This document shows, piece by piece, positions 16,420-32,632 of a stretch of DNA of 64,000 bases. Made by a program: the position numbers and the translations under genes. The notes beneath the pieces were generated by a model that had not been told where the DNA came from, did not search any database, and saw only the letters and a list, made by a program, of their open reading frames with translations. Origin of the DNA: Dictyostelium discoideum (taxonomy: Eukaryota); contig CM000155.2 of NCBI GenBank assembly GCA_000004695.1, positions 512,001-576,000 of the forward strand. Reading direction: 5' to 3'. Position 1 is the first letter of the stretch. Each line of letters opens with the position of its first letter.

Positions 16420-17465
16420 ATGGATAATAATTATAATAAATATAGTTCAGGACAATCAAAAATAATTTCAGACTTTGATAAGATTCAAGATATATTTGAA
16501 ATTGTTTTAAAAAATCATGTCAATAACCAAAGTACCCAGGATAATAATAATATAAGAATTTTAGATATTGGTTGTTCACATGGTAAAAATTCAATAATTG
16601 TCTTAAAACCATTAATTGAACAATTAGAAATAAATGGAAGCCAAATGAAAAAGTAATTGAAATATTTCATTCAGATCTACCAGTAAATGATTTTTCAAAA
16701 TTATTTAATGAAGTTTATCATTTAAATTCATACTCAAATAAAATCAATAATATTTTTACATATGGTATTGGTAATGGATTTGAAAATCAAATAGTACCAG
16801 ATAATTCAATTGATTTTATATTTTCATTTTCAACTTTACATTGGTTACCATTTTTAAATGAATATAAATCATTTGAAGGTTGATTACAAAAACCATTTTC
16901 AGATCGTTTACCAGGTTTTGAAAATTATTATAAAGAAAGATTATTAAATGTATTGCATCATCGTTATAATGAATTAAAAGTTGGTGGTATTTTTTCATTT
17001 AATCTTTTCATTCAAGAAGATCAAGGTAGTGAAAATGAAGAAAAAAGTAAATCAATGAAAAATTGTACGAAAAAAATTAAAGAAATTCTTAGAGAAATGA
17101 GTTATGAATCAATTTTATCAAGAGAAGAAGTTGAAAATATGATTGTTCCAGCCATAATTTTTACTAGAAATGAATATCAATATGCAATTGATAAATCAAC
17201 TAATAATACAGGTCTAAAATTAATTTATGAAAGTAGAATAACAAGCAATTGGTATTATTGTTATCAAGATGATGAATCTTATATTAGCTCAATCATTGCA
17301 TTTATTGGTAATTTCATTAAAAACGCAATTAATGGAGATAAGAATAGAGTTGATTCAATATTCAATGATTTTGAACAACGTCTACATTTAAAATATAAAT
17401 CAAATCCAAAAGATTTCCAATTTCATGTTAGTAGTTTATATTTATCATTTTTAAAAGAAAATTGA
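16420..17465 (+). pseudogene. SAM-dependent methyltransferase of the SABATH-like family, pseudogene. It has a 1-bp deletion at ~16640 (caaattag has become caattag, turning LIEQIRNKWKPNEK into LEINGSQMKK*) and an in-frame TGA at ~16881 (SFEG*).
   Basis: Co-linear with the intact copy at 59564..60610 and nearly identical to the copy at 63206..64000 (shared MKNCTKKIKEILREM, LHHRYNEL). The ORF track splits it into 16420..16656 and 16953..17465. Confidence 0.65.
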
Positions 17466-17659
17466 ATAAATTTTATATGTTGGTAAATAAAATTAAATGT
17501 TTAAATTGAATACTTACTAAAATTTATTTATTATTTTTTAAAAGAAATACAAATTACAACTCTAAATTTTCTATGTTATTTATTTTATTTTTCAAAATTT
17601 TAGTCTATCTTTTTTTAATATAAATGGCCGGTTGTTAAAAAAAAAAAAATAAAAAAAAA

Positions 17660-18720
17660 AATTTTATTCTTGACATTTTATTTTTATTAAATGTTTTGTC
17701 ACCAAAGACAGAATAAAAAAAGTAATATTTGAATGGAAAAAAGAAATTTGAAACAATAATTGATTTTGAAACTTTCATAGTTTTGATTTAATTTAATTTC
17801 TAAAAAAATAAAATGATCAAAAGAATTGGAAATAGAGATAAAATTCAGAATTATTATTATTATTTTTTTTTTCATATATTTATAACGATTGGTCATTATT
17901 AGATTGGTTATTATTTTACATTTTGTATTTTTCGAAAAAGTATTATACTTTTGTTTGTATTGTTAAATTTGATATTTCTTCGAGTCCTGAAATTGGAATT
18001 ATAATATAAATTGATTCAAGTGTTGTATTTTGATAGAGCATTGATACAATTGTTAATTTCATCATCATCATCACGAATAGTAAAATATTTGCCTCCAATA
18101 TTACAAATTGCAAGATTAAGTGTTAATGTTTTAATTGTTTATATTTTTTTATTTTAAATTTTTATTTTTATTCTTTTTTTTATAAATTTGAATATTTATA
18201 GGTACAAGAAAAAAAAAAAAAAAGAAAAAAACCAGTGTGTAAATTTAATTTAATTCAATTTAATTTATTGTACTTTGAGATTGGGGTATTCGAGTTGGTG
18301 TTAAAGTTTGATAGGTGTGGGTAAAAAAAAGAAAAAAAATAAAAGTAAATAAAAAACGAAAAAATAATAAATTATTATTATTTGAAAATAAAAAAAAAAA
18401 AAAACCAATGTTTTTATTGAAATAACCAAAAATATCACAAAACAAACAATTTTTTTTTTTTTTTTTTTTTTGAGTTAATCAAAAAAAAAAAAAAAAAATA
18501 TCCACCAGGCCTGTATTTTATTTTTTTACTTATCTAATTAAATAAATAAAACAAAAAAAAAAAAAAATACAGAATTATTTAATTTATTTAAATATGTTAA
18601 AACCCATATTGAATTTTCCAATGAACATGCATTGTTATATAAACATGCAACATTAACAATTTCTAATGATTTTAAACTATTCATATAATTAATTGATTCA
18701 TTATTTATTTCAAAGTAATT
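17660..18720 (-). pseudogene. Decayed fragments of the F-box-like/LRR family: a duplicate of block 13965..14350, a C-terminal fragment at 17900..18130, and an internal fragment at 18580..18720 (LTYLNKLNK...NYMNSLKSLE)
   Basis: Nucleotide similarity to the family genes. No intact ORF. Confidence 0.45.
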
Positions 18721-18841
18721 AATTATGAAGCATATTAATATTTTGAAACAAAAGGAATAAAAAAAAAGAGAAATTAAATGTAATCATTTTTCAATTATAT
18801 ATTTTATAAATTTTACATATGCAGTCGGGAAAAAAAAAATG

Positions 18842-20518
<1,677 letters not shown>

Positions 20519-21236
20519 TTTTTTTTTAGTGTTTTAAATTATCTGATATTTTAATAAAAAATATTAAAAATTATTTTTGTTTGATTATTATTTTTATTGT
20601 TTTTGTTGGGGAGAATTTTTTTGTTTTTTTTTTTTTTTTATTAAAAATAAATAGAAATAAAAATAAAGCTAAAGAAAAACAATAAAATGATCACACAAAT
20701 ATTAAAAAAATAAAATAAAAAAAATGAAAAAAAAAAAAAAAAAAAAAAAAAATGATTTTTAATAATATCTAAAAAATTTTCAGGAAAAAAATGAAAAAAA
20801 AAAAAAAAGCATTTTTTTCAAAAAAAAAAAAAAAAAATTCTTGGTTTGCCTTTATTTCTTTTTCATCACCTAAACTCATACCTCTTTTTCATCACTCAAA
20901 CTCATTATATTTACAGTGAACGGATTTGTGGTAACAGCGATAATGAAAAAAAAAACTAAAATAATCAAAAAAAAAAAAAAATAATCAAAAAATAAAAAAA
21001 AAAAAAAAAAAAATCTTGGAAAAAAAAAAAAAAAAAAAAAAGTTTTTCCCCCATATTAATTTATATTGGATTATTATAAACATGTAAAAAATAATGATTG
21101 AAAGGTTTTTGAAACTATTTAAACCAATTCCAATTAACTAAGGATTTTTCAAAAAAAAAAAAAAAAAAAACCCAAAAAAAAAAAAATTTGTAAAAAAAAA
21201 AAAATTTAAAAAAAATAAATAAGGTCGGAAATGAAA

Positions 21237-21285
<49 letters not shown>

Positions 21286-21328
21286 TTGTCATATACCATG
21301 GGTAATGGAAAAAAAAAGTAATTAATAA

Positions 21329-21874
21329 ATGGAAAAAGAGAAATTTGAATACTCAAGAGAGGGTGAAAAGAGTAGTTTAACAATTGATACAGGTAAATTA
21401 GTTCAGGAATTTAATTCTTTGCCATATGAAGATATTCAAGGTAAAAAGAAAATTATAGAAAAGTTATTTGGTTCAGTTGGTGACGATGTATCAATAGAAC
21501 ACAATTTTCATTGTGATTTAGGATTCAATATTCATGTTGGTAATAGATTCTATGCAGGTTATAATTTTACAGTATTGGATGTAGCAGAGGTTAGAATTGG
21601 TGATAATTGTTTAATTGCACCAAATGTTGGCATTTATACAGCAGGCCACTATATATCACCACCAGAGGAAAGGCATAAAACAGGTTATGGTATACCTATA
21701 ACAATTGGTAACAATGTTTGGATAGGTGGTCATTCTGTAATATTACCAGGTGTAACCATTGGCGATAACTCTATCATTGCCGCTGGTTCTGTCGTTAATA
21801 AAGATGTTCCAAAAAATACAATCGTTGCTGGGAATCCAGCTAGAAAAATAAAAGATATAACTTCAAAACTTTAA
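21329..21874 (+). CDS. Hexapeptide-repeat O-acetyltransferase of the maltose/galactoside O-acetyltransferase (Maa/LacA) type, 181 aa
   Basis: Left-handed beta-helix hexapeptide repeats (IGDNCLIAPNVGIYTAGH, IGNNVWIGGHSVILPGVTIGDNSIIAAGSVV) and the motif HYISPPEERHKTGYGIPITIG typical of Maa/LacA. Complete single-exon ORF. Confidence 0.8.
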   Translation: MEKEKFEYSREGEKSSLTIDTGKLVQEFNSLPYEDIQGKKKIIEKLFGSVGDDVSIEHNFHCDLGFNIHVGNRFYAGYNFTVLDVAEVRIGDNCLIAPNVGIYTAGHYISPPEERHKTGYGIPITIGNNVWIGGHSVILPGVTIGDNSIIAAGSVVNKDVPKNTIVAGNPARKIKDITSKL

Positions 21875-21896
21875 TAACGTATAATTTTATTTTATT

Positions 21897-23520
21897 TTAT
21901 TTTTTTATTTTATTTTGTTTTGTTGTGATTATTTTACATTTTTTATTTTTTGTTAAATTAGATATTTCTTTGGATTTTAAACTTTTTCTAAAATTTTTAC
22001 TATAATTAATAACAATTGATTCTAGTGTTGTGTTTTTGTCGAGCATTGATGCAATTGATTTATAAATTAAATTTATTTTGTTTTTTTCTTCATATTCACT
22101 TAGACGCACTTGAAAATTAAAATCAAGTGTTAAACTGTTAATTGTTTTATTATTTGCAAGCGAATTCATTAAATCATTTAAAAAGTTTTCATTTAATAAA
22201 CTATTTTCATCTAAATCATAGTTGTCAAAACCACAACGGGAAAATGAACCACAATTATGAGTAATTGATAAATTTGTAATTGTTGAATTTGTTGATAATA
22301 ATTTTAAACATTGATTCTAGAGACTTTGAATATGGTGGTATTTCTTTTGAAAAACATGAAATTTCACTACGACTATATGAGCAATAGATTTGATTATCTT
22401 CATTTATACCATTATCAATATAAAATTTAATATCATCATGAACTTCAAATATTTTTCCTTTATTATCATTTCCAAAATCAATAAATTTAAAATTATCCAT
22501 TTTATTAAAATCTAATTCTGTTTTGTCTTTATCACCACTATCTTTACTACTATCATCTCTATTACTATTACTATTACGATCACTATAATAATTATTATTA
22601 TTTTTAATTTGATTATGATCATAGATTGAAGATAAAAAATGAAATTGAAGATTGAAATTGAGTGTATGTAAATTTGGTGATTGTAAAAATCTGTAAAGTG
22701 CATATAATGGTATGAAGTCGTCAATGATTTCTACACTTTCATAGTTTTGATTTAATTTTGAAATTGAGTGATATTGTTGAAGATGTGATTCTCCTGAATC
22801 TGAAACACATCGAAGGGGTTTGATTTTTAAATATTTTGGGTTTAATTCTTTAATCATTTCATAAACGAATCCATAGGTTGTATTATATTCAATATCATAT
22901 GAAACTTTAAATTCATTTGTTTTAAATTTGAATTCTTCTTTTTCAATATGTTCTAAATTTGTTGGTTCATAGGGATCACAGCAACCCAAATATAAATTAA
23001 AATTAATTAATAAATCTTTATTATTTAATTTATTTTAATATGTTAAAACCCATATTGAATTTGTGAATGAATATTCATAGTAATGTAAACATCTAATATT
23101 AACAGTTTCTAATGATTTTAAACTATTCATATAATTAATTGATTTATTATTTATTTCAAAGTAATAAACTATTATTGTTTTAACTAAATCATTATGAATC
23201 AATTTAAATTTGTTATTATTACTATTATTATAATTATTATTATTATTGATTTTGTAAAGAATATTTGTTATATTTAAAATTTGAATAGTTTTTATTATTA
23301 TTATTATCAAAATAAATACGTGGAATAAAATTACTGAAAAGTTTTTGAGAATTTTAAACCAATTCGAATCCACAAGGGAATAATTTATTATTTTGTTTTT
23401 AAATTCTTTTAAAATTTCAAAACTGTCCATTTTATCATATTCTTCATATAATAACCATTATTATCATTATTTACTGATAGATTTGCTTTGAGTTTTTTAT
23501 TTGTAGTTTCGTCTTCCATT
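21897..23520 (-). pseudogene. F-box-like/LRR family member disrupted by several frameshifts. The ORF fragments are 21897..22169, 22255..22989 and 23035..23430, with the start MEDETTNKKLK at ~23518.
   Basis: Co-linear with the intact members but the frame is broken at least three times. A further N-terminal fragment lies at ~21060..21140. Confidence 0.6.
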
Positions 23521-23744
23521 CTTTTAGAAAAAAAAAAAAAAAATAAATCTTTGAGAAAAAAACAATTAGGAAATTGTTTTTTTTTTTATTTTTTTTTTAT
23601 TTTCTTTTTTTTAAAAAATTTCAACAAAAATGTTCATGTTTGTTTTAGTTTCTCCTTTATTTTTTTTGATTTTTGTGTATTTATTTATTTTTAAAAATTT
23701 TATTTTAGGTCTCTATAACTAATAAAAATTAATATTTTCAATAA

Positions 23745-24150
23745 ATGGAAAAATAGAAATTTGAAATTCAGTACTCAATAGAGGGTGAAAAGTAGTTTAA
23801 CAATTAATGCAGGTAAATTAATTCAAGAATTTATCATGATTGATTTTATGCAGGTTATAATTTTACAGTATTGGATGTAGCAGAGGTTAGAATTGGTGAT
23901 AATTGGTTTAATTGCACCAAATGTTGGCATTTATACAGCAGGTCATTATATATCACCACCAGAGGAAAGGCATAAAACAGGTTATGGTATACCTATAACA
24001 ATTGGTAACAATGTTTGGATAGGTGGTCATTCTATAATATAACCAGGTGTAACCATTGGCGATAACTCTATCATTGCCACTGGTTCCGAAAAATACAATG
24101 TTTGCTGGAAATCCAGCTAAAAAAATAAAAGATATAACTTCAAAACTTTT
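23745..24150 (+). pseudogene. Decayed duplicate of the O-acetyltransferase gene
   Basis: About 90 percent nucleotide identity to 21350..21870, with internal deletions and a TAA inside the hexapeptide region (GGHSII*PGVTIGDNSIIATGS). No start codon. Confidence 0.65.
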
Positions 24151-24393
24151 ATTAAAATAAAAAAAAAAAACTTTCTAAAAAAAAAGTAAAAAAATGAATT
24201 CTCAACAACAGATTATTAGCCTTGAGATATTGAACCCACTCTTAAGAGAGGTTGTTAAAAAAAAAGAGAACAGATAAAAGATTTAAAATTAAAAAAGTTA
24301 AAATTTTGCAAACCAAATAGTATACCATTAAAAAGATTATATGTTTATGTTGCGCTAAAAAAAGCTGAGAAATTAAAAAGATTAAATGTTTAT

Positions 24394-27300
24394 TTATTTT
24401 TTATTTTTTTTATCAATAGAATTTTTAACAAGTTGAATAAATGAATTGATTGTACTATTTTGGACTTGTTGAATTGTTAATGCATTTGGAATTGAAAATT
24501 CTTTATCTACCCAATTCTTTAATTGAATGATAACTAAAGAATCTACACCATAATCAACTAAAATGATATCTTTATTAAGTTTTAAAATATCAGTTGATAA
24601 TAACTCTGAAATTTTAAATGTTATTAATTGGTCAACAGTTAATTCAACATTGTCATCTTTTAATAATGATTTTGATTTTTCATTTTCTTCATTTATATTA
24701 ATTTGGTAATCAAATTTAGATATTAATGATTTTTGAGGTAATCCATTCAACGAGGTGAAATTGAAATTTGATAAAATTAAATTTGATGATTGTGCTTGAT
24801 TTTGTAATTGTAAATCCAATGTACCTAAAATTAAATTGGTTGATATTGGTAAAAGACCTTCACCACTTAATAATGCTGCAACACTTTCATTTCTTGAAAC
24901 GAAACCTGTTGATTGAATTAAACCATAATTTGTACAAATTGTTGGTAAACCAATTGAAATTCTATATTTTGATAAAGCATCTAAAACATTATTAGATGAG
25001 ATGTAACCACATTGATTTGCAGAACTTGTTTTACTTGTTATACTTGATGACATTATAAAATTGATTATTTTCCAATTTCTTTTAATTGATTGATTATGTA
25101 AATTAATTGCACCCATTGATTTTGCACTATGAGATTGTGTTAAATGATGTAAATCAACTTCATCAGAATTACAAGTGGCTTGAGTGTATGCGAAATGGAA
25201 TATTGAATCGATATTATTAATATCTGGATTTTCAATTAATAATTCATGAATTCCCTTATCTGTTAATCCAGAATCACTAATATCAACACTCTTGAAATGG
25301 AATTTAATTTTATTTAAATAATTACCCATACTATTAATTGAATTTGAATTTAGTAACTTTGTCTTGTTAATTAATAATTCCATTTCCCATTTAATTGATG
25401 ATTTTGATAAAATGATTATATTGTCAATTGAATTATTTTCAGAATTTCTTAATATCCATTTTAAAATTTCTAAAACTATACCTGATTGACCTGTTATTAA
25501 TATGTTTTTACCTAATAATGATGGTTCAAGTTTATAATTTTGTTTAAAAATTGATTGATCAAATTTATCAATTGATTTTTGTTTTTCAATTAATTCATTA
25601 ATTATTGAATCTTGATTTTCATGATCGACAACAATTTTACCCATATGAACTCTTTCATTTATAAATTCAATTGAGTCTTTAACATTTTCAATTGAATACT
25701 CAGTAATTGGGATTAATTGTAAATCATTTGATGAAACTGCATTTGAAATTATTGATAATGTTGATTTTATAATTTTCTTATCAACATATTGTAATTCAAT
25801 ATTATGATAACCATAATTATATTTAAATTTCTTATTATCAGTAAATTCATTTGAATTTAAATGAGTAATTGATAAATCAACAATTCTACCACTCATATTT
25901 AAACATTTGAAATTTGAATCCATATAATCACTTGATGATAATGTATTCAATATAAAGTCAACACCACTTTTACCAAATGGATTTAATTTACTAATTTTTG
26001 ATTTAATTTGTTTAACGAAATTTTTATTTCTTGTTGAATATATACCTGAAATCATATCACCATAATTTTCTCTTAAATACTCTTCTTTTTCATTTGAACC
26101 AACAGTTACAAAAATTAAACCAGAATGGCCTTTCCATTTTAATATTTCTAAAGTTGATAAACCAACACCACCAGTTGCAGAATGAATTAATATTGTTTCA
26201 TTATTTTTTAATGCACCAATATTATAAAGTGAATGATATGAAGTTAAATAAACAACTGGAATTGATGATGCTTCTGAATGAGATATGTTTGATGGTTTAT
26301 GACTTATTACATCAATATCTGTAATAATATGAGATGATGTTGTACTTTTTCCAGTACCATAAACACTATCACCAACTTTAAATTCTTTATTTCCACTTCC
26401 GATATTAGTAATTATTCCAGAAAACTCTATACCGAAAATTGGTTCAACACTCTCTACTAAACCTGCATATATTAAATAATCTTTATAATTTAAACCTGTT
26501 GACATTACTTTAATTTCAACTTCATTTTCTTTTAATATTGATGTTGGTTTTACTTTTACTTTATATTCTAAATTTGGTGTTAATGATATCATAAAGTTAT
26601 CAACTTGTTCTAATGATTCAAATGAACTTGAGTTCTTGAAAATTGATTTTAATTTTGTTTCATTTTTAATTCTTTCATAATAAACCTTATGATTATTAAT
26701 TATAAACTCTCTTTGTATATTAATTGATGAATTAATTAATGGTTCAATTGTTTTAAATAAATTTTGATTTTCAATAATTGATGGGGTATCGAAATTTAAT
26801 ATAAACAACTCTAAAGGACATTCATGATAATATCTTGCAGCACCAATTAATGATGAACTTAAATAATTGGTTGTTGTCGAATCATTTGTAATTAAAACAT
26901 GCTTACATTTACTATTCAATTCCATTAATTTTTGATTGATTTGAGTATATTCATGTGTAATGTTTACGAAATTATCAACAGATAATTCATCAATTGATTT
27001 AATGAAGTAAATAATTGATTCATTTGAAATATATTTTGTCATTTTATTAAACTCTTCAATTGTTGATATAAATTGTAAATTTCCATTATCAATTGATTTT
27101 ATAAAATTATTTGATAAGTTTGAATCATCTTTATTGCCAAAAACAATAATATTATTATAATTTGTGGTTTCAGATTTTGAAAATGAAAGATTTGAAATTG
27201 ATGGTTTTTGTGCTTGAATTACAAAACATGTTAATTCTGGTGTCATTTTAATATCATCATTAAAATTTACTGATTTTAATAACTTATACCAAGTTTGTTG

Positions 27301-30300
27301 ATTCATACAACATCTATCTTTTCTAATTTCAGTATCTTGGAAAGACCACCATTGATCAAAAACACCAAAAATACCATCACCTACAATTGATTTATAAATT
27401 GGTTCAATGAATAATAAATGACCATTTGGTACTAATAATTGATAAATTTGTTCAACACCATATTTAACATCTTTAATGACATGTAATACATTAAACATAA
27501 TTATATAATCAAAGTATTGTGGTTTCAATCCTTGTTTTTCACCAATCAATGGTTGTTCTAAATTTAATGCTTTATAAATTATATTAACTCTATCATTAAA
27601 CTTTTCAAATTTAGCTTTTGCTTCGGTAATAAAAGATGGTGATATATCTGACCATGTATATTCAATATCAATTTGATAATTTGGATATTGAATTAATAAT
27701 GAATTGATTTTTTCAAGTACTAATAATGATAATGATCCAACACCACCTCCAAATTCTAATATTCTAAATACTAATTTTTCATTTAATATTGGTTTGATGG
27801 ATTCTTGAATGATTTCACCCACCAATTCATTTTGAGCAGAAAAACCACTTGAATAGAATTTATCTAATAAACCGCCTTCGAATAATGATTGTGGTGAATC
27901 TTCATCATTATCATTTTCTAATGGGAATAATAACTTTGAAATTATCTTTGTTGACTTTGAGAATATCTTAAAATTATGAGGACTTAAAACATTTTCAAAA
28001 TCATAATCTTCATTATGGTACCATTGTTTTATTGATTCAAATGCAAATGTAAATAATCTTGAAAGCCATTTATTATCATTATCTTCTTTAATTTTATAAT
28101 ATTTTAATAATAATTGTTCAATTTCACTTGATTGAATTTCAGCAATTGTAATTTCTGGACATCTTTTATTGATATTTGAAAATAATAATTTTGGAATAAA
28201 TGATTCATAAATTTTAATTTGGTCAACATATTCATCAGTTATTTTTCTTTTGAAAATATGATCAAATGATGATAGTGATGGAATTAATGAATCTTTTGAT
28301 TGAAGATAGCATGAATAAATTTCATTTGTTGGATATTCCATTGCCAATGAATCTTTAATTTTTGTAGTTGATTTAAATGATGCGTTTTCCATTTCAAATA
28401 AAACAGTACCATTTTCTAACATTACAATAATTGATGCAGAATATGAATCACCAATTCTTGGTTTTAATTTTGAATAAACATATATTTTAGAATGTTGACT
28501 TGTGGTTGTTGGAACTTTTGATGAATAATAGGTTAATCCTTCAAGTTTTTCAAATACCAATTGACAATTCTCATCAATTAAACCAATTGAACCATGTAAA
28601 CAACAATCAATAATTGATGAATCAAAAAAGGTTGATCTATTTTCATTAACACCTTGGCTTAGTGATAATTCAGATAATGAACAATTATTTCCAAAATAAC
28701 ATTTCTCAACTCTTTGGAAATCACCAGAATAATTTAAACCACATTTTGTTTTAATATGAGAATATAATTCTTGTTTTGATAATTTTGTAAGGTTACATTG
28801 ATTTGAAATTAAATCATTTATATTATATTTAAATAGTGATTCTTCATCATCTTCATTTAAACCTTGGCCTCTTGAAAATAATTGGAAATTTGCAGTTGAT
28901 GTTTGTACCCAATCGCTTGATGATTTTTCATCTTTAAAATGGAATAATGCTTTATATTCTTTTTTACCAGTTGAATGAATGTTGGTTTGTAAACATTGAT
29001 TGACACCATCCATAAAAATCAATGGAGTTTTAAATTCAATAAAACTAATTAATATATCTGGTAACTCTTTATTTGGGTTTGTTGTTGATTCACTATTATC
29101 ACCAAATATTTTTAAAATATTATCAATGTAACCACAACCTGGGAAATAATACTTTCCTTTAATTTGATGTCCTTTTAACCATTGGAATGGTTTCTTTTGA
29201 ATATCAATATGAGTTTGATATGATTTAATATATGGTGTATGATTTGAATTTGAAATACCAAGATGATTGATTGATGGACCATTTGAAAGATGATGTTGAT
29301 AGAGACTATCAAGTTTCCAATATTCTTGTTCTTCCCATTGATATAATGGTAAACTTAATGAAGTTTGAATATTATCATTTTCATTTAGGTTAGATAATTG
29401 AATATTAAATCCGATACCATTATAACCCAAACAATATAATTCTGAAATTAATTTTTGAATTTCAAATAAATCATTTGATTTCTTTTTTGAAAGTGGTGAA
29501 AAGATTGAAACTGATTGTTTTTTATCCTCTGGTACCATTTGTTTTAAATAAAATGATAAAGTTGGATGTGGTGCAATTTCAATAAATATAATTTCATTAC
29601 TATTATTATTAACTGAATAATTTAATTCAATATGTTTATAAATATTTGAAATTGTATTTGTAAATCTTACAGGATTAATGATATTATCATAAACATATTT
29701 GGTATCAAATGGATTCATTTCATCATATAAATTTGTTGTAACTGTTGAGAAAATTGGATAGGTTGATTGTTTTGATTTGAATGAAATTTTTAAAATTTCA
29801 TCTTTTACGGGTATTTGACTTGAGGTATGGAATGAAGTAGGAGAACCTAATATTGTACAAAATACACCATCTTGTTTTAATTCTTTAATAATTTCATTCA
29901 AGATTAATTCTTTACCAGCAATAACAATTGATGATGGTGAATTGTAACATGCAATTTCTAATTCTGGATATCTTGAAGAGTATTTTGAATTATATTCATT
30001 CTCGCCAATTGAAATTGATAACATTCTACCGAGACCATTTGTTTTTGATTGTACCATTGATCTGTGATAAATTAAATAACAAAAAGTATCTAAATCAATC
30101 ATACCAGAACAATATGATGATGAAATTTCACCTAAACTATGACCGACGATAATTGATGGTTTAATACCCCAATGACAGTATAATTCAAATAATGAAATTT
30201 GTACCATACAAGTTGATGGTTGTGCAATTATTGAATATTGAATACCTTTTAAATCATTTTCATTAAATGATCTTAATTTTTCTAAAATTGAAAATCCATA

Positions 30301-32131
30301 ATATTCACTTAATTTTGAATCAATTTTGTCCATTGATTTTTTGAAAATTGGTTCATTATCATATAAATTCTTTGCCATTGTTGAATATTGAGCTCCTTGA
30401 CCACAGAATACAAATACCATTGTTGCATTCTTTTTATTTGATGATACTAACATATTTGATGTTAATTTATCATTTGATGTATTGATAGTGTTTGATTTTA
30501 AATTAAATTCATCCCAATTACTTGCAATGGCAACTGAACGTTGAATTAATTTTTTAGATTTTGATTTTATTTGATTTTCTGCAAATTCTTTAAATTCAAC
30601 ATTATTATCAATTCTTGATTTATATAAATCTAATGATTTAATTGAATTTGTTGAAAATGGGATTAAATATTGTTTTGGTGATTTTGATTTATTATTATTA
30701 TTATTAGTTTGATTTCCTTTGAAACTTGATACAATTAAACAACAATTTGAACCAGTAACACCGAAATTATTAATGGCAATTGAAATTGGTTTATTTGATA
30801 ATTTTAAAGTAGAAAAATCTATTGGGTCTGTCACAACCTTTAAATTCCATTGATTAAATTTAATATTTGGATTTGGTTTATTATAATTTATATTTGGAAC
30901 AAAACATTGATTTTTTAAAATTAAACAACATTTAATTAATGATGATATACCGGATGCACATTCGCTATGGCCAATATTTGGTTTAAATGAACCAATTAAT
31001 AATGGATTATTGGATGAACGATTTTCACTGGTTTTCAAAGCTATTGAAACACTTTCCAATTCAATTGGATCACCAGTTGGTGTACCAGTGCCATGAGCTT
31101 CAAAATAAACGATATCATTTTCATTGACTCCCCCATTTGTAGATTCCAATGCCAAACGAATACATTCAACTTGTGATGATTTTGAAGGTGAATAAAAATT
31201 TGATTTATCTGAAAATCCATTACCATCGACATTTGATGCTGAACCATCAATTACACAATAAATATTGTTACCATCTTTGATTGCATCATTTAAATTCTTC
31301 AAAATTGCAATACCTGCAGACTCTGATCTAACATAACCATCTGCATCAGCATCAAATGTTTTACATTTTCCATCTTTACCTAACATATTTAATTGTGAAT
31401 ATGATTTTGATGTGTTTGGATCTTTAGAAAAAAAAATATTAATAAACATATTTTTAAATAAAAATTTAATAATAAAAATTATAAATTTTTAAATACATAC
31501 CTAATAAAATATTAATACCACCAACAACAGAAATATTACTTGAACCATCAATAATTGATTTATAACCTCTTCTGATTGCATTTGATGATGATGAACATGC
31601 AGTATCAATTGTCATTGATTCACCATGTAAATCAAAACAATAAGAGATACGATTTGATACAGAATGAGAAGATGAAGCGAAAATGTTTTGTTGAATTTTA
31701 TTATTATTTTTATTTAAATTTTGATAATCAAAATTACTGCAACCAAGGAAAACCGAAGTATTGGAATCACGAATTTCAATTGGATCAATTCCAGAGTCTT
31801 CTAATGCTTCCCAAGTACATTTTAATAAAATTCTTTGTTGTGGGCACATGTGAATAACTTCCGATGGATTAATTCCAAAAAATAATGGATCAAATGATTT
31901 CAATTCTTCAAATGGTATTAATCCAGCATATTTTGTTGGAATATCACCTGTTTTATAAAAACTTTCATTCCATCTATCATTTTTAACAATTCCATCATAC
32001 TTATTTAATAATTGACTCCATAATCCATTGGGTGTTAAATCACCTTTTAAATTTGGAAATCTAAAACCTATTCCGATTATTGCAACTTTATTACAATTTT
32101 CATTACTTTGATATTTATTTTTATAATCCAT
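24394..32131 (-). CDS. Type I highly reducing polyketide synthase, copy 1, about 2552 aa. Exon 1 is 31501..32131, the intron is 31422..31500 (GTATGT...AG, phase 1), and exon 2 is 24394..31421. Domain order is KS-AT-DH-cMT-ER-KR-ACP.
   Basis: KS: DTACSSS, EAHGTGT, NIGH. AT: GHSLGE. DH: HQIKGKYYFPGCGYID. cMT: LEFGGGVGS. ER: LIHSATGGVGL. KR: ILITGQSGIVLEIL. ACP: VDYGVDSLVIIQL. The exon 1/2 junction was reconstructed as ...GGINILL|DPNTSKSY. There is no TE/R domain at the C-terminus. Confidence 0.9.
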
Positions 32132-32632
32132 TGTTTGTTAATTGTTTTACTTTGAATTTTTTTAAAAATTAAATTTTTTTGGTTTTACTTTACTTAAAAA
32201 ACTATTATTATTTAAAGAAAAAAAAAAATTATTTATAGTTAAGATTTTTAATTATGAAAAAAAAATAAAAAATTAGAAAAAAATAAAAAAATAAAAACAA
32301 ACTATTTTTTTAAACTTACCAACTAAATCTCAAATCTCCCAATTATACAAGTCCTATATATTTTTTGGAGATTACCATTTGAAAAATAAGGATGGCTTAT
32401 TTCGGAGTTTCGGGAAATAATAATAAAGTCAAAAAAAACCATAGGCTTTTTTATGACACCAAAAAAAAAACTAGTAAATAAATAAAAAAAAGGAGAATTT
32501 TTGAAAAAAAAAAAACGTGTTTAATTGTTTTTTTAATAGGAAAACCAAAAGGATAGGAATGACCAATCATTTCTTAAAAAAAAATAATAATTATAATATA
32601 ATATAAATTTTTTTATCGCTTTCTTCCCACAT

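Noticed and set aside
21138-21383. 81-aa minus-strand ORF upstream of the acetyltransferase, and other small ORFs in poly-T/poly-A spacers (523..732, 8443..8697, 17699..17896, 18260..18445, 41898..42222, 45804..46055, 48222..48521, 48806..49090, 53961..54143, 60870..61091, 63006..63191)
   Set aside because: These are dominated by poly-F/poly-K from T/A homopolymers. No domain, no splice logic, and no conservation with anything else in the window.
24768-31250. Several 70-100 aa ORFs on the plus strand inside the PKS genes (24768..24995, 26031..26324, 29928..30152, 31576..31857, and their twins in copy 2)
   Set aside because: These are antisense to a 7.7-kb CDS with strong domain evidence. They are low-complexity L/N/K-rich translations typical of AT-rich antisense, and they duplicate only because the PKS is duplicated.
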